Shown: piece after piece, positions 18,810-29,600 of the stretch
Numbering within the stretch: position 1 is the first letter of the stretch
Layout: the number at the start of each line of letters is the position of its first letter
From: Bdellovibrionota bacterium
Lineage (GTDB): Bacteria > Bdellovibrionota_B > Oligoflexia > Oligoflexales > Oligoflexaceae
Assembly: GCA_040385935.1 (NCBI GenBank)
Contig: JAZKGL010000277.1
Location: forward strand, 1-53,579
Direction: 5' to 3'
Length of the DNA stretch: 53,579 nucleotides
The notes under the pieces: generated by a model
Told to the model about the DNA's origin: nothing
Seen by the model: only the letters and a program-made list of their open reading frames with translations
Databases searched by the model: none
Made by a program: the position numbers and the translations under genes

Positions 18810-19220
18810 TTAGCCGAAAAGCTTTTTATCCACCGAATATTTTCCTGGGCCCGCAATGATGAAACTCAAGGCAATCACAAAATAGAGGAGTGCTAGTTCG
18901 AAGCTGCTCTGGCCAACCCATGGATCGCCTTTGACGACACCATGGAAGTAGGTGGCAAAGGCCATCGTACACGCGAGACCGAACGAAGCGAGAGGTGTCA
19001 AAGCTCCCAAAATCCAAGCGACACCACCGCCAAACTCAGATACGGCGGCGAGAGCTTGAAGAAAAGCGGGAACGGTCGCATCAGGTCCCATCCAGGCAAA
19101 TGGCGCCTGAATCTTGCCCCATCCGTGCTGCATCATAGCCCCGCCGGCTACCAGGCGAATAAGGAGGAGTATGAGTGAAATGCGATCCGAAGTCGGATGA
19201 GTACGAAAAATCTTTTTCAT
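18810..19220 (-). CDS. DoxX family membrane protein
   Basis: LLLIRLVAGG.MMQHGWGKI, EFGGG..ILG.LT, FELALLY, GPGKYSVD. Confidence 0.9.
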   Translation of the reverse strand: MKKIFRTHPTSDRISLILLLIRLVAGGAMMQHGWGKIQAPFAWMGPDATVPAFLQALAAVSEFGGGVAWILGALTPLASFGLACTMAFATYFHGVVKGDPWVGQSSFELALLYFVIALSFIIAGPGKYSVDKKLFG

Positions 19221-19342
19221 GAAGAACTCCTGGATTAAATTTAATCATAAAAGCCCTAGAATACTCGACCAGTTAAGTGATGTCAGGAGCGACAAAAGTT
19301 ACCTATCTAAATCACATCAAGAATCAGGAGCTGACGAGACGT

Positions 19343-19723
19343 TCATGTCAAGCCGTTCCAGATGATCATGCCGATTCCTATCATACTCACACCCCACAAC
19401 AGAGTTCGCACGACAGGAATACCCAATGCATAGATAGGCAAGTAAGCCACTCTTCCCCAAAAATAAAGAGCCATACCGGTTTCGATCTCGGTCAGAGGTT
19501 TACTCAGGAGAAAAGTTCCTAGAACAGCAGCAATGAATAAAGGAAAAGTTTCCGAAAAATTTTTGAGGGCGCGATCGAGTCGCGCTGCAATTTTCCCAGG
19601 GGGCGGTGGTGTTTCATCGCGCGCGCCAAGATTCCATTTGAGGCTTCTTTCCTTGCTCGCCGCAGCGGAAGAGGCAAGAACGTGAAGGATGCCCAACGCT
19701 GCACTCAAAGCCAAATAATTCAT
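19343..19723 (-). CDS. MAPEG family membrane protein
   Basis: WNLGARDE, ARLDRALKNFSETFPLF, YFWGRVAYLPIYALGIP.VRTLLW. Confidence 0.88.
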   Translation of the reverse strand: MNYLALSAALGILHVLASSAAASKERSLKWNLGARDETPPPPGKIAARLDRALKNFSETFPLFIAAVLGTFLLSKPLTEIETGMALYFWGRVAYLPIYALGIPVVRTLLWGVSMIGIGMIIWNGLT

Positions 19724-19800
19724 GGGAGTCTCCGATAAGGTTTGATTCCTTCGGAGTATTCGTTTTTTTCTTCAGGCCCGCAAGCCCTTTGGTAGAAGTG

Positions 19801-22326
19801 TTAAGGAACGGTGCAGGCACAGAGGCGGAAAAAGTCGGCATCAAATTCGGTGGCCGAAGTCGCTGTCGCAGCTTCGCGGACGCCGCGTAAGATGCTTAGA
19901 TTGGTAATTTCATAGATCGAGCAACCTAGACCTTTCCCCTTGTTGAGGTTAGGCGTTTCGAGTCCGGCTGTGAAACCAAAGGTTTTAATTGCGAGGTCAC
20001 AGTCGGCTGCAAGTCCCGCTTTGCCAAAGACAGTCCCCGTCGCGGCATGATAGGTTCCACCGGCCGCTGTACAAGCCGCAGTGCAAGTCGCTCCTTTTGC
20101 ACTTTTGTAAAGGCAGTAAAGGCCGACACGGGTTCCTGCCGCGCACTTGCTTCGAACGTCGATATCGACTTTTGCAGAAATAATGGGATAACCTTGTGGT
20201 GTATTGAGTGTTGCATACATTTTCACACGGCCTTCGTTGGCTCCGGCCGTAATGAGGCCGGTTGCCGCATTCACGCTCGCGCAACCGGTCTGTTCGCAAT
20301 CGGTAACGCTATATTGAACGGAGAACCCGGGAAAGAGCGAAAGATCGATCATATCCACCGAACTTGCATCGCTGTAACGCGCGTTCATAGTCATCTGCTG
20401 AGTCGTTCCCACATCCATAGTCACCGCAGGCGTTCGAACCACGATGGTCTTGACTTCTCGCGGCCGCACAACGATGTTCAAATCACTGCGGAACGTGCCT
20501 TTGATCGCGCTGACTTTAACTGTGATGGGCGTTGTCGTCGGAATTGTAGTCATCATCGCCGAGCTGAAAATTCCTTTGCTGCCCGCGGTATTGATATACG
20601 AATTCAAAGTGCTGGAATTATTATCCGTTACCCAGCTAGAGCTACCCGTATAATCAAGGCCCGTTCCACACGACATGATTTGCCCGGCTTTGAGTTCGAG
20701 TATTTCTCCGTAGGCTATGGTCTCGCTTGAAGCTTGTATACCCACACCGAGTTCTTTGCCCGCGAGGATAGAGAGCGGAACTTCGGCCGTATGAGTGACG
20801 CCCGTTTTAATCTCGACGTAAGTGGCAATCACCTTGGCTGCTACGGATTGTGTCGTTACGATCAAACCTTTTTTCGTAGGGTCTGTATGCGGAGCACCAG
20901 CGGCGGGCGGATTGAGTGTAAACACTGCGTTTTCCGTAATATCTTTCGAGTTGCCATCCGACAGAGTTGCGATGACCAGCATCTGAGGTTGATTGACTCC
21001 GCATTCGCCCTCCGGGTTCTCGGTCGTCATCGATAAGCCCATCACCGCAGCTTCGGTTACGGTTATGGCGACCGTTTTTGTGAATGTTCCATAACGCGCT
21101 GATACCACCGTAGAGCCCGGAGTCACGCCCGTAAAACGACCAGGAACCTTCGGCGTTTCGAGCGTTCCTGATTGTAGGACGGTTGGATCGCTTACCGTCC
21201 AGCGCGAGTAACTTGTTATTTCGACCTCGGTGTTGTCAACCTTGCGACCCCAAAGTTTATAATTGAGGCTCAATCCCGCAGGGACCGTGACTATGTTCGC
21301 CTCAAGGCGCGTATCGACGAAGTTCACGCTCGTCACATAGTAAGGAGCTGATCCGCTGATCGTTTCATAGCTCGCTTTTATTTGGGTCTCACCAGGGAAT
21401 AGAGCCTCAAAGTCGCCGACAGATCCTATCGAGGCTATAGTCGAATCACTCGACTGCCAAACAACCGAGGACGAGATGTTGAAGCTATTGCCGGTGACAA
21501 ATGTTGCGATCGCCTTGATATTGATCTGAGTGCCAAGAAGAAAGGTGTCGGTATCAGAATCTAGATAAATGCTGCGAATCTTCGGCATTTTAATTTCGAT
21601 ACGGCTGACTATATTTTGCCCCGCGTAATTCGCTCGAAGGCCACCAAACCCAACCTTCGACCCTGTGTATATACCTGTGGTCTGGCTGTTTCCATCACCG
21701 AGCAGATAACCCGGCGAAGAGGTTTCCCAATAGATACCCGAACTCAGCTCAGCCTGAGTGTTGTTATTGTAGACCACGTTTAAACGAAAACGAGTCGGTG
21801 TCCCGAGAGCAACGGATTTTGGAAAGACATCGATGGCAAGAATTTCCTTCGTTTTGACCTGAACTTCAAAGTTAGTCTTCAAGGCTCCGTACATGACATT
21901 CATCGATCCACGACCAGGGGCAAGACCCTTGACCGTGAAACGAGACTGAATGGCGACTGTAGGCGTTTCGAGCAGAGAGGGATTTACCGATTCAAAAGTG
22001 ATTTTGTCACTGAGTGAAACCTCGCGGCCATCAGCCTGACGACCGATGATAGAGACGGTTTCCGAAAGGCCTTCGAGTACACTGAGGGATGGGGGAGTGA
22101 CGCGAATCGAGACTATTTTCCTTTTCTCTTCTTCGCTGAGTGTTGAACCCGTAGCCGTTGACGGCAGAGGATTGCTCGCATTGATGGTTCGAGCCTGCTC
22201 GGCCAGAGCTTTTTTGATTTCCTCAAGTTTGGCTTGATCGGCCGGCACTAATTTCGACTGCACGGTCTTATTGCAACTTGTGAGTGCAAGTAGAAAGATG
22301 AGCAAAATGTTTGCGAATTTATTCAC
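19801..22326 (-). CDS. Big_2 (bacterial Ig-like) repeat lipoprotein with C-terminal Cys-rich domain
   Basis: Lipobox LTSC; repeats such as VVWQSSDSTIASI..G...A..PGETQIKASY; C-terminal CAAGTRVGLYCLY...CTAAC...GLGCSIY...RLCAC. Confidence 0.8.
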   Translation of the reverse strand: MNKFANILLIFLLALTSCNKTVQSKLVPADQAKLEEIKKALAEQARTINASNPLPSTATGSTLSEEEKRKIVSIRVTPPSLSVLEGLSETVSIIGRQADGREVSLSDKITFESVNPSLLETPTVAIQSRFTVKGLAPGRGSMNVMYGALKTNFEVQVKTKEILAIDVFPKSVALGTPTRFRLNVVYNNNTQAELSSGIYWETSSPGYLLGDGNSQTTGIYTGSKVGFGGLRANYAGQNIVSRIEIKMPKIRSIYLDSDTDTFLLGTQINIKAIATFVTGNSFNISSSVVWQSSDSTIASIGSVGDFEALFPGETQIKASYETISGSAPYYVTSVNFVDTRLEANIVTVPAGLSLNYKLWGRKVDNTEVEITSYSRWTVSDPTVLQSGTLETPKVPGRFTGVTPGSTVVSARYGTFTKTVAITVTEAAVMGLSMTTENPEGECGVNQPQMLVIATLSDGNSKDITENAVFTLNPPAAGAPHTDPTKKGLIVTTQSVAAKVIATYVEIKTGVTHTAEVPLSILAGKELGVGIQASSETIAYGEILELKAGQIMSCGTGLDYTGSSSWVTDNNSSTLNSYINTAGSKGIFSSAMMTTIPTTTPITVKVSAIKGTFRSDLNIVVRPREVKTIVVRTPAVTMDVGTTQQMTMNARYSDASSVDMIDLSLFPGFSVQYSVTDCEQTGCASVNAATGLITAGANEGRVKMYATLNTPQGYPIISAKVDIDVRSKCAAGTRVGLYCLYKSAKGATCTAACTAAGGTYHAATGTVFGKAGLAADCDLAIKTFGFTAGLETPNLNKGKGLGCSIYEITNLSILRGVREAATATSATEFDADFFRLCACTVP

Positions 22327-24694
22327 AGCTGCACACCCTCCGAAAGAAGGCCTGCGCTGCCGTATCTGTAGTCGCTATCGTCTCTTCTCTCAGTCCGATG
22401 TCGAGGCCGTTTTCGACATAAATCGAGCATCCTGCACCGACGGGAGCGGATGCCGACGCGCTGAAGGACGCATCGATAACGGTGGAAAAGGTATCGCCGA
22501 CTAGATCGCGACAGGCCTCATCTGTACCACCACTTCCCGCATAGCTTGCGGTCGCCGAGTGATAACCACGACTAACGGAGCTGCAGGCTGTGACACAATT
22601 CGCGCCTGACCCTCCGAGATACCAGCAGTAGTAGGACACGCGTCGACCCGGCGAAGCACAAGGGATGTAGACGCCGATGTTAAAGCGATCCGACTTTGTT
22701 CCTACTGAATCGACGAGGCTAAAAGAGAAGGTCGCATCGCCTTCGGTTACGGCCGTAAATCGTTTCTCAGCTCCGTTATCCACAAAAGTTGCTTTGGTGA
22801 CATCAGGCACGTTCCAGGTGACGGTTCGAGAGGCGTTCGAATAGGTGACATTTTCGGTGCTCAGATCACTGTAAGTTCCGAGCGCAATAAAGCGCGCCTG
22901 CAGACCCTTATCGATTTGCCCTGACGCCACATTCGTATCGAGCCGCACGATATCCACTTTGTCCAGCTCCTTTGGAGTGGCTGTGAATACCGCTTCGCCT
23001 GAGAAGGAACTGTAAGTGGCAATAATCTTTTGCGAGCCAAGGGTGAGCCCGATCACCCGAATTTTATTAGTATTGGTTCGCGCTACGCTCGCGCAATAAC
23101 TGAGGCCAGCCGACGTTACGTCGACGGTGATGTTCACAAGGTTTGTGATATCGACCTCGGTAGTGTCGCTGTAACGACCTTTTACTCGAAATTCCTCGGC
23201 TCGCCCGAGCGCTTTCGATGATACAGGTGGTTCAAACACTAGGCTCTGCAGATAGGCCGGAAGTATGGTGATCGGGACGTTTGTCGTTAAATTTTGGCCA
23301 GTGATTGGATCGAGGTAAGTTGAGCTTAACTTAGTGGTGCCTTCCACTTTTGCTGTCAATATGCCCGCTGAGTGCACATCGGCTTTTGAAGTGAGGAGGC
23401 CGCGTGTTGTCACAAGGTTAGTGATGTTGGTTTCCGTGCCGTTCGTATAGAGTCCAAAGACTTGATAGGTAGCGGTTTCGCCTGCCGAAAGGGTAAAGCT
23501 GGCTGGGCGAATATCTAAGGCTCTGAGAGTTGCGTTGCCGACATTGATCAACGCGCTTTGGGTGTAACCTTTGTAGCTCACATTTAAGCTCGAAGATCCA
23601 TTTGCTACAGCGGTCAGCTCGGGGCCATTCACAGTTGCGATGCTGGTATTCGTCACAGACGTCGTCATCGCAGTTGTGATATTCAAAGTCTCTCCGTTGC
23701 TAAAAGTCGCAACAGCTGTGAGACTTAGGCGCTGACCGAGTGATAGGGGGATGGCGCCTGGCGTGATAACGATAGCAGTGACATCCGCGTCACGCACGGT
23801 AATGGGTACGGTGATCTCTTGACCACCGAGACTCACCTTAACCCAATGCTTACCCAGGTTGCCTGCAACGATTTCTCCACCCGATACTGAGATTCCATTG
23901 TTACTTGATAGAAAATTAGCTTGGCTTAGGTTCGTTACGATTTGCCCATCATTCATTACAGCACGAACCGGTAGAGCGAGCCTGTCGCCATAACGAATGA
24001 CGAAATTGCTTCCTGTCAGTTCCAAGCGAGCGACAGCTAGAGGGATAGCTGTGAGAACGACTCGATGTTTCGCACGAAGATTGCCATATCGAGCAAGGAG
24101 TTCGTACTCACCGGGACGTTTCGCTAGAAATTTCGATTCGCTGATAAGCTCAAGCCCACTGGGATCACTGATCTCCCAGGAGACGTCGGCAGCGATAGAG
24201 GAAAGATTGCCGTTGGTGAGCAAGGCGAACGTGTCGATACTAAATTCTTTGGTCTGAAGAACACCGAGCTGAGATGGGATTGCGACGACCGAGGTTTTCG
24301 GCAGGAGTATAATCTGCATGGGTGCCGCTTCACGAATCGTTACTGGAATCGTCTCATAAGCATCCCGATAGCGAACCGATAATACAGTGCTGCCTGGCGT
24401 GCGTGCGCGAGCTATGCCTTCGCTATCGATAGTGACCAATGAAGTATCGGCAGACGCCCAAGTTATGCCCTTGTTTAAGACAGAGATACGATTGTACGGA
24501 AAGAGTCCTGTCAAACTAATATCAATCGATTCACCGACAGCAAAGTCGAGTTTGGATGGAGTCGGAACTAGGCTCTTAGGATCTACATCGTCCACGTTCA
24601 AGGCGATAGCCTGTAACGTTTCAACTTGTAAAGGCGTTTGAACTTTGTTGCAAGACAAGCTTACGAGCGCTGCAAATGGAAGGATCCATCTCAT
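22319..24694 (-). CDS. Big_2 repeat lipoprotein with C-terminal Cys-rich domain (paralogue)
   Basis: Lipobox SLSC; GITWASADTSLVTIDSEGIARARTPGSTVLSVRY, LTAVATFSNGETLNIT; C-terminal CASPGRRVSYYCWY...CVTAC...GAGCSIY...RVCSCE. Confidence 0.8.
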   Translation of the reverse strand: MRWILPFAALVSLSCNKVQTPLQVETLQAIALNVDDVDPKSLVPTPSKLDFAVGESIDISLTGLFPYNRISVLNKGITWASADTSLVTIDSEGIARARTPGSTVLSVRYRDAYETIPVTIREAAPMQIILLPKTSVVAIPSQLGVLQTKEFSIDTFALLTNGNLSSIAADVSWEISDPSGLELISESKFLAKRPGEYELLARYGNLRAKHRVVLTAIPLAVARLELTGSNFVIRYGDRLALPVRAVMNDGQIVTNLSQANFLSSNNGISVSGGEIVAGNLGKHWVKVSLGGQEITVPITVRDADVTAIVITPGAIPLSLGQRLSLTAVATFSNGETLNITTAMTTSVTNTSIATVNGPELTAVANGSSSLNVSYKGYTQSALINVGNATLRALDIRPASFTLSAGETATYQVFGLYTNGTETNITNLVTTRGLLTSKADVHSAGILTAKVEGTTKLSSTYLDPITGQNLTTNVPITILPAYLQSLVFEPPVSSKALGRAEEFRVKGRYSDTTEVDITNLVNITVDVTSAGLSYCASVARTNTNKIRVIGLTLGSQKIIATYSSFSGEAVFTATPKELDKVDIVRLDTNVASGQIDKGLQARFIALGTYSDLSTENVTYSNASRTVTWNVPDVTKATFVDNGAEKRFTAVTEGDATFSFSLVDSVGTKSDRFNIGVYIPCASPGRRVSYYCWYLGGSGANCVTACSSVSRGYHSATASYAGSGGTDEACRDLVGDTFSTVIDASFSASASAPVGAGCSIYVENGLDIGLREETIATTDTAAQAFFRRVCSCE

Positions 24695-26463
24695 GGTGTC
24701 ACTCCAATCACGCGTGAACCAGTCACGCCCGAAAGCGTGGCGTCGGCTCGGAAGTACCCGTTGGCAAGGGGAACGAGCAGGCCTTTCTCGCCCGTATTAT
24801 TCTTTACGTAGCCGGCAAAGCTGAAATTCTCACCGATGATTACATAAGACCAATTAACCTCTGTCGTGCGATTGATGACGGTAGAGTCGCTGTAGGTTAC
24901 CCACGCTGTGAGTTGGGTGTTGCCCGATCCGCGGCTCACAGTATAAATCGAACCCATTACTGGAATGGGACGAATTTCTATAGACAGAGGAACCGCCGCG
25001 CCAACGGCCAAATTCGCCGATCCTGTCACGCCCATGAATGTGGCTTTGACACGAATATTGCCTTGAGTTGTGCCCCGCACAACACCGTTGCTTACGATTG
25101 CCCCGTTGCCTCCTAAGTCTTCGATCGTCCAGTTCGATGTCGTTGTGATGATAATTAGGGAATCATCGCTGTAACGACCCTTGGCGACAAACGTTCGGGT
25201 TAGGTTTAAGCCTAGTGGTCCTGAATCGACACTCGATAACTCAATGGCGAGTAAGCGCGCGTCCGACACTGTGATTGTATGGGCCGTATACATGGAACCT
25301 AAGCGCGCTGTGAGTATTCCCGTGCCGGCCTTGAGCGATTGAAAGGTTCCGTAGGTTGCCCCAGCTTCGAAGTTTATTAACGTTAAGTCCGAACTTTCGA
25401 AACTCACAAGACTGCTGACGTCTTCTACAGTTCCATCATTATAAGTTAGCTTAGCGTAGAAACGTTCTGTCTCCCCCTTAGCGAAATTGAAGTTCCTCAC
25501 CGGTGATTCCAGTGTCAGGACACTAACCAGAGGATCGATGACCTTAAACGCAAGCGTGGAATCGTGAGAGTTCCAACTTAACGTAACCGTCCCTGAACCT
25601 AGCGTTACGCCTGTAACTGTTTTGCTGCTCGTTCCAACGACTTGGATCAAAGAAGAGTTTGACCAACTAAGCGCGACACTCGGCGTAATATCTTCCGTTT
25701 GACCGTTTGAGTATAAGGCTGAGATGACAAACGGTTTCGGTGTGTTCTTCTCGATGACCAAAGGTGAGGGCGTGACCTGAAAGGTTGTAAATGTAGGATC
25801 GTGAGTAACAATCGTGACAGGAATAGTTTTTACGAGTTCCAAGACTTTAACCGTCACTTCGGTGGTGCCGATGGCAAGCGCGCGGAACTTCCCATTGCCA
25901 TCACAGGCCAATAGGGAAGGATCAGCGCAAGTCCATGTTGCGTCGGGTGACAAATCTTCGACTGATCCATCGCTATAGAGTCCGTGCAAGACTAGGGAAG
26001 CCGCAAAAGGAACAACGACGCCCGCAACATTCTCAACATCGAGAGTTAAGGTGTCCAAGGACGGTTTCAGCTGATCGAGAGTTTTGTCAGCAATGACGAC
26101 ATGAGCCGTTTGAGTCACTTCACCAAAGGTGAATACAACATCCGCCTCGCCGGCCTTGAGCGCGCGAATGCGGCCTTGAGGATAGTCGACCACTTCGAGT
26201 ATCTCAGGGTTAGACACGGTCCAGGTGCCTAGATCATTCAATATCTTTGAGTTGTCGTAGGGTAGGAGGCCGAGAACTTCGAAATTTACACTTCGTCCAG
26301 CTGAGAGGGACGCGCTTTCGGGGAGCATGTATATCGCATCAAAGTCGCCAGCCGAGGGTAGTGCAGCAGAGATCAGGTTGTCCTCGGACGCAACTTTCCC
26401 TTTGTCCTTACACGCCATAAGGCAGACGAGGATTAAAAGAGATTTGGGCACGAGAAGACGCAT
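24691..26463 (-). CDS. Big_2 repeat lipoprotein (Lig-like), without the Cys-rich tip
   Basis: Start ATG 26463 after AAGGGAG; lipobox LMAC; repeats G.YSDGSVEDLS..ATW, LTYNDGTVEDVSSLVSFESSD. Confidence 0.8.
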   Translation of the reverse strand: MRLLVPKSLLILVCLMACKDKGKVASEDNLISAALPSAGDFDAIYMLPESASLSAGRSVNFEVLGLLPYDNSKILNDLGTWTVSNPEILEVVDYPQGRIRALKAGEADVVFTFGEVTQTAHVVIADKTLDQLKPSLDTLTLDVENVAGVVVPFAASLVLHGLYSDGSVEDLSPDATWTCADPSLLACDGNGKFRALAIGTTEVTVKVLELVKTIPVTIVTHDPTFTTFQVTPSPLVIEKNTPKPFVISALYSNGQTEDITPSVALSWSNSSLIQVVGTSSKTVTGVTLGSGTVTLSWNSHDSTLAFKVIDPLVSVLTLESPVRNFNFAKGETERFYAKLTYNDGTVEDVSSLVSFESSDLTLINFEAGATYGTFQSLKAGTGILTARLGSMYTAHTITVSDARLLAIELSSVDSGPLGLNLTRTFVAKGRYSDDSLIIITTTSNWTIEDLGGNGAIVSNGVVRGTTQGNIRVKATFMGVTGSANLAVGAAVPLSIEIRPIPVMGSIYTVSRGSGNTQLTAWVTYSDSTVINRTTEVNWSYVIIGENFSFAGYVKNNTGEKGLLVPLANGYFRADATLSGVTGSRVIGVTP

Positions 26464-26488
26464 GTAGGCTCCCTTGCTTACAATTAGT

Positions 26489-26515
26489 CTATCGGTCACA
26501 CGGCTATAGACTTGA
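26489..26515 (-). promoter_or_regulatory. Sigma-28-like promoter for the Big_2 operon
   Basis: TCAAGTCT-N11-ACCGATAG. Confidence 0.6.
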
Positions 26516-26616
26516 ACATCGACTATATAAGGGTAGATAAAGAGTTTGTTATGAAGTTTATGACTCTGAATTCATTGCAGAATGCCCGCCCAAGTATTGT
26601 CTGAGTATCCTTGTCC

Positions 26617-26643
26617 TAAACTTACCGCTCGTAGGTCCGATGA
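26617..26643 (+). promoter_or_regulatory. Sigma-28-like promoter for the giant adhesin operon
   Basis: TAAACTTA-N11-TCCGATGA. Confidence 0.55.
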
Positions 26644-26658
26644 AATCCATAGCGAGAA

Positions 26659-29600
26659 ATGGATGAGGTACGTTTGGTTAACGCTGGGTTAAAAGTGTTG
26701 GGACTTATGTTTGCGATCCTGGTCACTGGAGGCTGTGATAAGCTTTCGACCGGCGTTCAGCGAACCCCTATACAATTCACCGGCATAGACGGTATCGATG
26801 TGAGCACCGAGGGCGCTTACGTCGTAAACTGGGGTTATGCCAGCGGCGCAGAGATCGAAAGCTTCAGTCTCTATTATCAAAAGATCGAAGAGGCCGAGGC
26901 CGGAAGTCTCACGACCGAGTTGACCAAAGCCGCATTCGGAGTCTCCATCCACTCGGATAAAGGCATACTTCCCGCTAAGACCGGACAGCTCCTCACTATC
27001 TTAGGTGCTGATCAAAATACTTTTAAAACGCCAACCCTTGACGAGGGTTACTATCTTTTTCAAGTGAAAGCTCTGACGAAGGATGGACGTATCGATGAAA
27101 ACACGTCGGTCTACCTGCTCCAGGTGAATCCTTCCATACTGTTTCGCGGTCTTGCCCTTGCCACGATCGAAGGGCCAAACCTCGTGATGCAATGGTTGCC
27201 AGCGCCAGGCATCCGCGAGAACGAGACTTTCCACTACACGATCTATCGTGGGCCGGCATTCAACTCGGCCGTGGCTTACACCAAAGACACAAGTTTTGTT
27301 TATCCTTTGACTAATGAGATTGATGGCGACGTTGTCCACTTTGGGGTTCGATACACGAACGGACAAAATGTGGAAGATCAGAACAGCACTCTGGTGGCTG
27401 TCACGATTCCACTTTTCAACAAGGATTATCTCGGTTGTGTCAGTGGAAGCGCTCAGTCGGCCGATCGCATTAAACTTAACTTCGAATGGCCACAGTCCAA
27501 TACCTTCACTGAGCTTCGTGTCTATCGAAATCAAAAGGAGGTCTTCAGCACAACGGACCGATCGGTGGTTTCCTTTATCGACCGGGGATTGAGTGAAGGC
27601 CAGACGTATAACTACAGCTGTTTAGCGATAAGCCCTACAGCGAACCTGTCGGGCACCAATGTTATCAGGCTCGGCACGCTTTCCACCAATCCACCGACCT
27701 TTGCTGGTATCAAAAATGCTGCGGCCGAATCGGCAAAAGTCGCGCTCTTGAGCTGGGGTGTCAGCTCTGGAGTACCGGCTAAGGAATTTCAGGTTTTTGC
27801 AACTCCGGGTAATACTGTCAACTTCGGTGCTGAACCGAGTGCGAAAGTAGGGCTCTCTAACTTAAATACTCGGGTGAGTGATTTGGGTGATGATCTTCCT
27901 TACTCATTTGGTGTGCGGTCTTGTACGGCCTTGATATGTGATACCAACACCGAGCAGATTTCCGTCGTCATGCCGGATAACGGCGCGCCGACGAGTGTTG
28001 GTGCAACTGAGATTTTCATCGAGCAAGGTAAATTGAAGATACGGGCGCCGTGGACCCCGGCTCAGGGTGGTGTTACTAAGCGCCATATCTTTTTGAAGAT
28101 TGACGGTGCGCCTTCCCAAGCGATCGGCGATTACAATCTCGTTCGAACGGTGTTGATTACCGATCCGCTGATTGTTTCCGAGTTCATCTACTTCGATAAT
28201 CCCGTGGCCGGTAAGCCTCATCATGTAATCGTGCGGGATGAGGACAGTCATGGCAACCGTAGTGCTAATTTTGCGATCGTAAGTATTACGACCGGCGATT
28301 TAAATCCTCCTGCTTTCAACGGTATTACGGCCTTGGATATTGGAGCGGCGGGGCAGGAAGAAACGACACTTAAAGTGACCTTCACAGCCCTCGATCCTTC
28401 ATCGATATCGATTGGCGGTGCCCAAACTTACCGCTTTTATGCTCGCGAGGGCGGCGGCGCGTCCTGTAGCGAGACTTATTTTAAAGCTGAGGTTCCAGGT
28501 TCAAATTATATCGCTGGTACCGCTATCTACACCATGACGGGACTGAAAGCGAAAACCAACTACTCAGTTTGTGTCAAAGTCGTCGATAAGTTTGCCAATA
28601 TCAGTATTAATGCAAACTTCCTCGTGCGATCGACTTTGGATAAGACCAGGCCGGATTTTGACGGACTGCAAAGTTTGACGTTTGACGCAGTTAATTCCTT
28701 GGTGAAGTTGAGTTGGAATCCTTCGACCTCGGCCGATATCAATGAATATGAAATCGAAACTTGGCTTACGCCATCGGGTTTGAGTTCGTCGATACAGACG
28801 ACGATCGCCCGTCGCCATGCGGATTCGCCGACAGGTTTTGATCTGACTCAATTGATCATTCCGTTTCAAAGCGGTGATAAGCTCGAAGTTGTTGTGCACG
28901 CCTGCGACAACGCAGCGTCGATCTCGGGCGGCACGAAGAACTGTAAGACCTTCGCTCGCTCGACTGCGCTGAGCGTGATCTTTCAGGATATTCTTCCTCC
29001 TCCCAATTTTCTTGGCATCGCTGCTTCCGGCAGTCAGGAGACACCCGTCCAAGGCCGGATTATCGTGCATTGGATCGAGCCTGCGAGTTGGACAGATTAT
29101 TCGGGATTTAAAGTCTACAAAGTAAATAACGATTTCTCACTCACAGTTATGAAAGACTGTCCTTGTTCGGCAGCTAATTGTCCTAACCACGTGTCCTCGT
29201 GTCTGCTGACTGATCTTGATCATTACCGAACGTATCGCCTGCATGTCAGAGCTTATGATGCGGTCGGCAACTATACTCTTCTTGATCCGCAGGTCAGTGT
29301 CGCTGACGTGCGAACCACCGACGAGACAGCGCCTGTCTTTACGTCTAACCTTGGATTGCTTTACGCTTCGGGCGCTGCGAGTTTGAGTTGGTCAGCAGCT
29401 ACGGATAACCAGTATGCTTCCGAGCCTGATGCGGCCATTCGTTATCGTGTGTATCGCAAAGCCACTTCGAACTTTGCAAATTTACTCGAACCTTGGGTTG
29501 GCGGCACATTGATTGCTGAGCAACAAACGTTAACTTATGCCGACATCGGCAACTTTGTAAGCGGCTCTACTTATTATTATACAGTATGTGCGGTGGATGC

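Noticed and set aside
19705-19738. TCAAAG...TCCGATAA sigma-28-like boxes
   Set aside because: The spacer is too long and the orientation is opposite to the local genes.
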